Assembly (NCBI GenBank): GCA_032718475.1
Contig: JAUCBJ010005681.1
Location: forward strand, 1-35,112
Reading direction: 5' to 3'
Origin: Nemertoderma westbladi
Taxonomy: Eukaryota; Animalia; Xenacoelomorpha
DNA length: 35,112 nt
How positions within the stretch are numbered: position 1 is the stretch's first letter; each line of letters starts with the position of its first letter. Below, piece by piece: positions 21,223-31,416 of this stretch. The notes under the pieces are model-generated. The model was not told the origin of the DNA. It saw only the letters and a list, made by a program, of their open reading frames with translations, and ran no database searches. Position numbers and translations under genes: made by a program.

Positions 21223-23755
21223 CTAGTTCGCTCCTCCTGTCTTTGGGAACCATCTCAGTTCCTTCCCTTTGTCGTCGTCCTGTCTTGGTCGCTTTCTAGT
21301 TGTCGCCGCTCCCTTGTTCTTGTCCCCCTTAAGGTTCCTGATCCTTGCCGTTACTTCCCTACTGATTCCCGTCGTCGACTCCTTGGGCGCTGGTGTTATT
21401 AGCTCCCGGTATCGCTTCGCAGGTGGCCCCTCCGAATGCCCCTGCTGCTTCCCCCTAGTGGCGTCCCATAGGATCACCTTCATGGCCCGTGGCACATGCT
21501 CCGCCAAGAAATCTCTGAACTCTCCCCGGTTCTCTGGTGTCCACCTGTCTAAATACCTCTGTGTATTTATAACTCCGGCATATGACGCCGCCATTGACAC
21601 TTCCTGATAAGTAAACGGAAGTCTCCGTTTGATGATTTCCAGGTGGGCCTCCTGGTTAATATTAAAGAAGCCCCACCGGAATTCCTGGGCCTTCATCCGC
21701 TGCTGCGTCATGATGCCATCCAGTCGCATTGGCGTCCATAGTGCCCCCGGAAGTTGCACTTAGAACACCGGTTGTGCAACCATGGACACGCCCCCATCCT
21801 ATGACTCGACTCGCGGCAGTAGAGGCAACTCGTCCCATTCTGGAATCGGTACAAGCAGCTCCTTTCCTGGTGAGCAAGCCTCCCGCAGTGATCGCAGCCG
21901 AGTACCAATGCCTCCCGCCCCATGTCGTCTTTCGTCCCAAGCGATCTCCTCGGTCTATGGAGTTGCTGGTAAGCGAACTTCTGGATGTTAGTGTCCCTGT
22001 CCATGCCTATCTCCTCGTCTCGCCTGGGCATCGTCTCTCCGAATACTACCCGTGGTGCCGTTCCTGGTTGCTCGCCCAACCTGATGGTGCTCCCCGCGAA
22101 ATCCATCGCCAGCTCCTCATGCACCCAGGCCCGCTTGCCGGGTCTATCCCAGAAGGCCCTCGCCCCGCTGGCCGTCACCACTCTCCCGCCAACCCAGTCC
22201 GTGTCTGAGTGGCCGATTCTCCCGATGGGCGGCATCTCTCCGAACTCGTCGTCGTCCTCGTCCTCCTCTGGCAGTGGCTCCAAACCCGGTACTGTGTCCC
22301 TTCCCATCTTGGCTCTCGCCCGTGACTCTCCATCCTTCCAGTTCCCCTGGCCTTCTCTTCGCGAAATCACCCTCGGCGCCCGCTGGTATGGGCATCGTCT
22401 GCAATCCCGATGTTGACTGTTTCAGCGATCCTTCCGCCCACCCCAATTCTCGCCCTAGAGACTCGCCCGAACTCCCTGATGTCCAGTGTAGATCGTCCAA
22501 GGCCGCCTGGGCCTCGAACCCATAGCCCTCTCCTCTAGCTTCCGCCTCTCTTTCTTCTGCCTCCATCCTTTCTCATCTAGCGATTTCTTCCAATCGCTTC
22601 GCCTCTCGTCTATCCGCCTCTAGCTGCTCCCACATCTGATATGGTGTATCCACCTCCCTGTCTACTAGATATCAGCAGTTATAGTATACCGACTCGCCCT
22701 TCAGCCCCGGGTGGTCTACCAGACCCTCGAAAGCCACTTTGAAGGCTCTTCTGTAGTTCAGGGGTGATCCCAATAGCAGAAATGCCATTGGTTGTCTTTC
22801 AATAACCACAGTCATGAATAGGTTTAGCAAACCTATCATTATCCAGTCCTCCTGCAGGATATATCGCTTCTGATATATCTTTATCGCTCCTCTCCGGAAT
22901 TGATACACCCCTTGCTTCCCCGGCCTCGCTCCCCACTTCAGCGAGTTCGCCAACTCCGCTCCATACTCCTCCCTGAATTTACCCCAGTCCACTGGCTTGT
23001 GGCATACGAGCCCCATTAGCTGGCCCATCGCCACCGCTCCACAATGGCCCGTGTTCTCTACTAGTCCCAACTCGGCTGGCCCCGACATAGCCATGTAGAC
23101 CGTTTGCGTGTCCAGGAGGTTGGGGGTCTCCGGACTGATGATCCTCTCCGCATCGTCGCGGATCACCGATCCCACCTTTATCGTCGACTTCTCTCTTACT
23201 ACGTTCTGCACCGCCCTTGGCAACCGGTTTAACTTCGGCCCATTCTTCTTCCCATACGTTCCCAGATCGAACAGGAATATATCCCCATTTGGCGCGGCCA
23301 AATGCAGGAGTATGGTTCTGGCCGACCCCGCCGACCCTCTTCTTGAACCTTCCTCGTCTTCCACGGTCCCTTCGTTGTCTAGGACCATGTATCCTCCCCT
23401 GCTGACGGACTCTACAAACCTCTTCCAGTCCTTTTTCGGTGGTTCCCTTGGATACTTCGGTATCCCGAACTTCGCCTCGTCTCCCTTTACCACGTAGTGG
23501 AAATGCTCGAAGATCGCGTTGTCTAGCGATGGTGTCCCGTAGGTCCCGACCAGCCGCTGCTCGTGCACCTCCCTGAAATGGTCCTGCAGCGCTCGCGCCT
23601 TGTGACCCTTCTCTAACCGCTCGTAGTATTCTTTTGGTGAAATCTACCAGTATCTCCTTTCCTCCCAACTCCGCCTTTCTCTTTCTAACAAGTTTCTCCG
23701 CCATTTCGAACTCTCCCGATCGCTCACCTATAAGGGGGCTTTTACCAAGGCTCAA
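21223..23755 (-). pseudogene. Accessory ORF3 of element B (~840 aa reconstructed): DEDDy 3'-5' exonuclease, acidic linker, three zinc knuckles, basic tail
   Basis: MVLDNEG (ExoI), LLHLAAPNGDIFLFDL, LPRAVQNVVREKSTIKVGSVIRDD (ExoII), NLLDTQ, QKRYILQED (ExoIII-like); CDHCGRLAHQERSC, CLYCRESSHRMGACP, CSKCNFRGHYGRQC. Broken by TGA stops and frameshifts. Confidence 0.85.
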
Positions 23756-24112
23756 TATAAGTGAGTGATGTAGTTAGGATGGTCTGTACGGTCCGATAAT
23801 GGCCTATCTCTCTCTGAACGCTAGGTTATTGCCGAATTTTCTTATTCTACTCCCTAAAAGGTGCCAAATTTCATAAATTCCCTAATTTTGTCAGTTACTT
23901 TTATTATGTTCTAGAATATCCTGCCTACTGTTACCATAATTTGTCTAATTTTGATTTTAATATTTTATTTTAAATCCTACAACTGTATCAGTATCTATTA
24001 ATGGATTATTTATTTTAATCCCCCTTCTGACCTATTCTACGGGCCGTGCAGTACAGTAGTATGTCTCGTGCGGCCTATACGATCTGTCCTGCTGTACCCA
24101 CGTGCCCCCCTC

Positions 24113-24925
24113 TCACTACTCACTACTAACTCTACTAACTTTTACTAACACACTAACTCTTACTAACATTCTAACTAACTTCTACTAACTCTTACTATGT
24201 ACCCTCTTACTAACTCTTCTACTAACGGTACTACACGTACCGTTTTACTAACTCTTCTACTAACGGTACTACACATACCCTCTTACTAACTCTTCTACTA
24301 ACAGTACTACACGTACCCTCCTACTAACTCTTATACTAACTCTCACTAATGGTACTACCATTAGTAATTAATCTTACTAACTAACTCCACTAACTCTTAC
24401 TAATGGTACTACGTACCCTCTTACTAACTAACTCCACTAACTCTTACTAACGGTACTACGTACCCTCTTACTAACTAACTCCACTAACTCTTACTAACAG
24501 TACTACGTACCCTCTTACTAACTAACTCCACTAACTCTTACTAACGGTACTACATACCCTCTTACTAACTAACTCCACTAACTCTTACTAACGGTACTAC
24601 GTACCCTCTTACTAACTAACTCCCCTAACTCTTACTAACGGTACTACGTACCCTCTTACTAACTAACTCCACTAGCTCTTACTAACGGTACTACATACCC
24701 TCTTACTAACTAACTCCACTAACTAACGGTACTACGTACCCTCTCACTACTAACTCCACTATCTAATGGTACTATGCACCCTCTTACTAACTAACTCCAC
24801 TAACTAACGGTACTACGTACCCTCTTACTACTAACTCCACTAACTAACGGTACTACGTACCCTCTTACTACTAACTAACTCTCTAACTAACTTCTATCTG
24901 CCTACTTACTTACTACGTACCTACT
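24113..24925. repeat. CTAA-rich minisatellite (47-bp core unit, shorter variants at the edges) inside element B
   Basis: Unit TTACTAACTAACTCCACTAACTCTTACTAACGGTACTACGTACCCTC repeats with a 47-bp period from ~24374 to ~24720. Confidence 0.92.
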
Positions 24926-25069
24926 ATGTACTATCACCCTCCTTTCTCTTACTCTCTTTCTATTATTTTTATTGTTTTTATTTTTTTTATATTTTGTGTG
25001 GGAAGGGCGTCTCGCCCTCAATCCCACCCCCTCAGTCCAACACTTGGATGACTAAACTCTATGAGCCCC

Positions 25070-26570
25070 CTATCGTAGTACTAGGTAAAGTGCTGCTCCG
25101 TATGCTTCCAATGACGCATCGGAGAACATGTGTAGATCCAGATCCGTCATGTCCCCATCCGGGAAATACACGCGTGGCATGCTGTACGTCCCCATCTGTT
25201 CTAAACTCTCCGTCCACTTGCTCCATTGCTTGCTGATCTCTTCCGGGACCTCTGTATCCCATTCGTCCTTTAGCTTATATACTTTCTTAAGTATCTGTTT
25301 CCCCGTGACTAACAGTGGGGATGCTAGGCCTAGGAGATCGTATATCCTTGCTATGTATGATACATAGCCCCTCTTTGTGTGGATGTCCGCGCCCTCCTGG
25401 CTCAGCTGATACTTGAACTCGTCTGTCTCCCGGTTCCACACGATCCCTAGTGCCTTCTGGTGGGACTCTACTCGTTTGTCCGCCATGTTCTGTCCCTTGG
25501 CTGTCGTGGGGTTATTCATGGTCGACTCTGGCCTCCTGTCCTCTATGGCTTTCATAAACTCTTCTGAGCTGGATTTGAACTTGGTCAGGTTAAACCCGGA
25601 TCCCTTCAGGATGTCGCGAATCTCGCGCCCTGTATCCAGTAGTTCTTTAACCGTGTTTCCAGACTCCATTCCGTCGTCTACTTAGAGGCCGCGTCGAATC
25701 ATATTGACGGCTTTGGCGCTATATTTATCCTCTTTCCCCTCTACTGTATCCCTCACAGCCACAGTCGTCGTAAATGAGGACGACTTAGCCCCCATATTCT
25801 GCACCACCATCTTGTACATCGGTATTGTCGATGGTTCCTCGTCACCGTTGTACCATAGGAAGCGCTGGCTGTCACTATCCTCCTGCGTCACACGGACTTG
25901 GTTGAACATGCCTTCAATGTCGCAGGTGAAGGCGTGCCTCCCGTTTCTGAATCTCAGTAGGACCTTGATTCCTGAGTTATAGATATTGGGGCCTTCCAGC
26001 AGGTAGTCGTTTAGGCATTTGCCGTTGGTCTTAGCCGATGCGTCAACTTCCATCCGTAATTTACCTTTCTTTGGATCTAGAGCCACGTGAAGTGGCAGAT
26101 AATAGGTCCTATCCGTGTTCGGTTCGTCGACCGGTAACTCCACGGCCCATCCTTTCTCGATATACTTCCTTATCGTCTTGTGGATGTACTCATCCTTTTC
26201 GGGGCTCCGCCTCAGCGTTTGCTTCAGTTTGCGGAGCCTCGTGAGTACCATTCCCTTGTTATCTGGTAGCGGTAATTTTGGTTGTTTCCACACCATCCCT
26301 ATGGTGTACTCCCCCTCGTCGCATTTCATCGACTCCTTTACGCTTTGTATTGCCTGTTTATCTTCTACCGAGGTTCCCACCTCGGTCTCTATCAATCCCT
26401 CAAAGTCCTGTCTGAGTAGTCTCCTGAGCTGCTCCTCCGCTCCTTCATCTTAAATCTCCCTCATAGTTCCCGCGAACATGCACCCTGATGTCTCCGACAT
26501 CCTAAACGGAATCTTGGTTCTAATTGAGCCGCTTATCGTCCACCCGAATGGTGTTAAAATTGCCACCTGG
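25070..26570 (-). pseudogene. pol: Protease tail, reverse transcriptase and RNase H N-terminus of element B
   Basis: AILTPFGWTISG; YYLPLH...KLRMEVDASA...LNDYLLEGP...LLRFR...DIEGMFNQV...QRFLW; catalytic YVDD reads *VDD (TAA at 25682-25684); KALGIVW, TKRG...YDLLGL, LHMFSDASLEAYGA. Confidence 0.93.
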
Positions 26571-29500
26571 TCACGCTGTCTGTCTTCGTCTTGCCAATAT
26601 CTGCAGTTCATGGTCTGATGAAGTGCGTTCGTGTGTAATTGGCATTTGTTGTTTGGATTATAGCCGTCCTTATACAGTGCGCTGCGTATCGCACTTGCAT
26701 TCGTACCTAGATCCCTACTATTCTTATTGTTTGGTTTCAGCCTACTGGGCGTGTTGGGGTTATGTTTGTTTATGTTGTTATTTTTCCCCTGTCCGCTCCA
26801 TGGTGTGGCCCTACCCCCGGCTACATGTGGACTAGTAGTCCCCTGCATCGCCACGTATGGCAGCGATTGTCTGAGCTTTGGCAATGCGTTCGCCGTGTTG
26901 TGTTCTGGTTTCGGCCTGTTATATTTGGTCTTTGGCCCCTTTCCCAGACTATCCTCGCTATAGACTGGGTCTGTGATCAATTCGGCTTCGTAGTTGAGGA
27001 AGATCGACATTTCTTCTAGGCGTGGTTCCGCACGCTTCTTCTCACGGGTGGAGAAAGCGATTTTTCTCCATTTATTGCGCAGCCAGATCGGCAGCGCCTG
27101 CGCTATCGTGGTGATGTTATTAGATGTGTTGAGTTCATATGGCGCGTCTAGCATCTTCAACACGATCAGTGCCTTCTCGACTTTGTTCGCAAATGTCTTT
27201 ATGCTAACGGGGTTATCCTGTAGGCCACCCGATGTTATACTCATATATCCTATTGATAGTGATATCTCAGAGTCTGCCGGATGATCTTGGCTGGGTGCCC
27301 GTACTCCCTGTCCAGGGCCCGCCATGCAGTCGTGAAGCCACCCTCGATGCCCTGGTACTGCCTCACGATGTCATACTCTGGGCCTCCTGTATATACCTTT
27401 AGATATTTTAGGCACTCCGCCTGCGTCAGGTTCTTGGTCAATATCTCGTTGCTGTACATGCGACGGAATTGCAGGTATTCTACCAGCCTACTTCCATCGA
27501 ATTTAAATGGCTCCACGGGTGGTAGCTCGATCCTGGTCTTGAGTGCATCGATTAATGTAGCCATTCCCATCGCCTGTGCTTCCAATGGGTTCGAAGGATG
27601 CTGTACAGATTCTCCCGTTGGGTGCGGTCCGCCCATCCTGTTCGTTGCTTTCCGTTGTGTCGGATATACCATTGGGGGTAATGGCCCCCTCCATATTTCC
27701 GTGTCGCAAGATCTGTTCTCGTCCAGGGGATTCGATGTTCTCATTCCTGTTTGAATATATTGTTGATATTGCAATGGGGGAATGTCACCCTGTCCCCCCC
27801 CCCCCCCCAACGATGGTATGTTTTGTACTGGGGTTGATGTTAATATATTGGGGCCCATACATCTACCTGCAATATCCCCCTCAACCGGGTATTTGCATAT
27901 ATTTGTTCTTGGTTGTTTATATTGCCTATCTGCAATATCCCCCTCAACCGGGTATATGTTATGTCCCTGCATGCTATAGTCATACTTTTGTGCTGGTACA
28001 GGTATAGGCCTATCCACTTCTTGCCTACCTACTGGTATGTACTCCGCAACTTCTGGATCTAATCCTGCCGTTCGCGCTACCCTATCGCCTACACTATCTC
28101 TCCCAGCATGGCCTATAGTATGTGCAGTAAGGCCTACAGTATGTCCTGCGCTCTGCATGTGCCCTTCCGGACCGAAGTTTAATCTTCTCGAATCTCAAAT
28201 CTCCCTGCGACTACCGTTATCTCGATCGGCAGCTATATCCCCTCCACTTTCGATCCCCTCCACTATTCTCGTCCTCGTACCGGTACGCCCTGTACCCTTC
28301 TCTCGGCGTATAGTACACCTCGCCAGGTTGCGTCTCTCCGGGACGACGGCAATCTCCCAGAGTTCGACCCCACCGCCTCTCCAACTCCATCTCTACTACC
28401 GACGGCTCGCTATCCGTCCTCGCTCTCCTGTCGCTCGGAACGACACTTCTTCTACTCTCTTCTCTCCTTCTTTCTGCAGTGTAGCATCCCCGCTCGTGAG
28501 ATCTCTCGTCGACCTCCCAGTTCAACTCCACTGTTTTTCTTCCCTCTTCTGACTGGCCTCGACATCTTGTCGCTCGCCCTCTCGTGACGCCACGGTCTCT
28601 CTACCCGGTCGCACGCCGATGGGGATATTCCTAATCCCCCTATTACTCTCCATCGTCGGGTGCTGCGGTTCACCTAACTCGCCCCGCGCATTGTCCGCCG
28701 ACGCCTGTGGGACACTCTCTGCCCCCCCCTCTTGCCGCTAATCTCTCGTTGTGGGGCTCCTGTAGCCCCCCCCCCCCCCCCACTCGCCACCTATCACTTC
28801 ACTATCTCTCACTTCGCCTCTGCGTCCCTCTCTAGTCGACGCACTTTCCCTACTGTGGCTGGGTCTATTCACCCCCGCCTCTCCATCTATCACTGCGTGG
28901 CCTGGAAGGCTCCCGTCGGGTTGACTCACCCCCACTACTCCCTGCGTATTAATTACGTGGCCTACCAGGCTCCCGTCGGGGTCTCTCACCCCGTTACCCC
29001 CTGCGTACTGATTATGTGGCCTGGCAGGCTCTCGTTGGCCGGGCCACCTACATCTGCCGCGTTTATATTGATAGCACCAGTATCAATATTATTTTCTAAA
29101 TTATTTAAATTATTAGAATTATTCTGTGCTGAATTCGGATTATTATTTAAATTATTCTGTATATTTGAATTAGAATCGGGATTATTTTGCTTGTTTGAAT
29201 TAAAATTATTATTTAGATTATTTTGCGTATTTAAATTTAAATTATTTGAATTATTTTCTACATTTAAATTAGGATCGTTCGGATTTAAATTACTATTATC
29301 GGGCAAAGTATTATTTCCTGCAATGAAAGATTGATTAGGGTTATCTACTACGGTACTATTAATATTGACGCCTTCTAGCGTATTATTATTACCCCCCCCC
29401 CCCCCCCCCCCCCCCGCCCGTACGGTTACACCAGTCTTGGGTCGGTCGTCCGGTCCCTGTAAGTGGGGTATTAACAAAAGTTTCCATTACTTCTGGCTCC

Positions 29501-30833
29501 TCGTAAACACTACCCGAGCCAGCCTCACTCTCTGATAGCCCCAACTGCGCCAGTTCTAATCGGCGCTTCTGTTTGGCCTGATATTGCATAAGCCCCCTCA
29601 ACCGGGCGTGCATGTCATCCCGCACATGCTTTCCCGTTCTCTCTCTCTCCCTATCCTCTCGCAAACTCTGCTCGGCCAACTCCGCCTCTCTTGCAATCCT
29701 CTCAAGCCGCCTCGCCCCATGCTCTTTTCGCTCGCTCGCCCCTCTCGCCTCATGCTCTTTACGCTCGCTCTCCTCTCTCGCCTCACGCTCTTTACGCTCA
29801 CTCTCCTCTCTCGCCCCTCTCGCCTCATGCTCTTTATGCTCGTTCGCCTCTTTCGCCTCTTGCTCTTCTCGCTCCTTTCCTTCCCTTATTTCTATCTCCT
29901 CACACTCTCTAAAGTTTCTCGCGACCCTCTCAGCCCTCTCTTTATTCTCTCTCGCCAGCTCTCTCTCTCTTTCTAACAACGCAGTTCCCTCTTCCAACTG
30001 CCTCTCTGGTCTAGCGCCACCATGTCTAATTGACACGCCAGATCTATTTCTAACACCCTTCTTGCTTTTGCGGAGGATGTAGCGGACTTGTCGGTCGTGA
30101 CGGACCCCCGTCGCCCCTCTGTCCTACTAACTTTCCCCCGCTTTCTGGGGTTCTCGCTAACTGACGAGACCGAATCCTCGGGGTTAATCTCGGATTCGCC
30201 TTCATGTGGGTCTGCCCAACCCACTAACTTAATTCCCCTAGCATCCACTAAATACGGCCCTATGTACACTACTTGGGGCTCCATTATCCCGGACTGCCAC
30301 AGTTCCAATAGTTCGGTGGCGACCCCTCTCGCTCTCTCACTGGCTAGTTCTCCCTGCCCGAAACGAACTAGGTATCTGAAATGTTTATTCGACTCACCTA
30401 GTCGCTGGCTCAACTTCCCTTGGTCTACCTTTGCTCCCTCTCTGGCCTCCCTGAGCTGTTTCTTCGTCACGTTGTAGGCTCGTCGGAGCCGATCACTGGT
30501 TCCGACGTCCTCGTCGCCGACCTCTCCTCCTCCCCTCCTGGTTTGGCGTCGTACCGGCGGCCCCACCGTCGCCGTTCCGGGGGGCTGTCCGTCGCCCTCG
30601 GCCTGTGGCTGGCTGGCGACATCGGTACTTCGACCGCCGTCGTGCATCGACTCGTCCCCTCGTTGTAGTAGACGGCCGCCCTCCGCTTGGGCTGCCGGAT
30701 CGTCTCTCTCCGGCGAATCCGGCGTTGCGGGTCGATACCGTCGTGTTGCGGCCTCACGGATCATTTCGTTGGTATCGTCCGGAGTCCGTGGCGGTGTTCT
30801 TTCTCCCTCTAGGTCTCGGGGCTCTGTGCTCAT
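26571..30833 (-). pseudogene. gag: Disrupted gag of element B
   Basis: ATG at 30833, 67 nt inside the 5' LTR. Contains INPEDSVS, an E/R coiled coil, ELPPVEPFKFDG...LKYLKVYTGG...AWRALDREYG (DUF1759-like), ALPIWLRNKW and one surviving knuckle CQLHTNALHQTMNC. Several frameshifts. Confidence 0.85.
28890..29040. repeat. ~60-bp tandem repeat (about 2.5 copies) in the gag region of element B
   Basis: GTGGCCT...AGGCTC(C/T)CGT(C/T)GG recurs at ~28897, ~28957 and ~29016. Confidence 0.75.
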
Positions 30834-30900
30834 CTTTTTTAACTTTTTTCTTTTGGTGGCTGGCAGTCACAGTTTAGCAGTGGTACTCGGAATTTCGTAC

Positions 30901-31318
30901 TGTGACGGGATCAGGGGATCCCGACCAGTTTATTTCGTTACGCGTCACTGTGTAATTGAGAAGAAGATAGTTTGTGGTTGTCGTTGTGATATTGTCATAT
31001 GTTAATGCAAATATAAAATAACTGATATAAATATGAAAGCGCAGTTAAATGTTTAAAACAGATAAATGTTAATAGATTGTACCGGTAGTAATGGTGACGT
31101 TAGGTGACGGTACGAAATGTCACTGGTCCCCACTGTGTGACTGAGATAACTAACCTGTAATATAATTAACTGGTAATATATATTCACCCTTACTCTACTG
31201 TGGCCTTACTACCTAGCGGTTGCTCTCCCTCGCCCCTCATTGGCTAACAACCTAATTCTCGGCTCCCACCTCTGTGGGAGTGCTTCCCCCCCGCTGCTGT
31301 TACTTTCCCTTCTCGAGG
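30901..31318 (-). repeat. 5' LTR of element B, missing the first ~240 bp of U3
   Basis: Matches 20536-20966 with scattered substitutions, a poly-C length difference and one rewritten ~15-bp patch. Similarity stops at 31318. Confidence 0.9.
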
Positions 31319-31384
31319 TAGCTTGACCTCTAACCTCTTTTGTGTGGCTCTTTGGGGCTGTATGTTGTCCCCGTTATTGGTTGT

Positions 31385-31416
31385 GATACGAGGTTAATTT
31401 TGATTAACCTCGTATC
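31385..31416. repeat. Perfect 14-bp-stem hairpin
   Basis: GATACGAGGTTAAT-tttg-ATTAACCTCGTATC. Confidence 0.85.

Larger units (their letters stand above)
20536..31318 (-). mobile_element. BEL/Pao LTR retrotransposon element B; decayed, protease and integrase deleted, carries an accessory exonuclease/zinc-knuckle ORF
   Basis: LTR pair 20536-20966 / 30901-31318, PPT, gag core, RT and RNase H start, all with BEL/Pao motifs on the minus strand. Confidence 0.93.

Noticed and set aside
21269-23497. Plus-strand ORFs overlapping B's ORF3 (also those across 25128-30877)
   Set aside because: Antisense shadows of GC-rich coding sequence with no recognisable motifs.
24113-24925. CRISPR array or telomeric repeat
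   Set aside because: Units are contiguous with no unique spacers, the context is eukaryotic, and the sequence is not a pure TTAGG/TTAGGG array.
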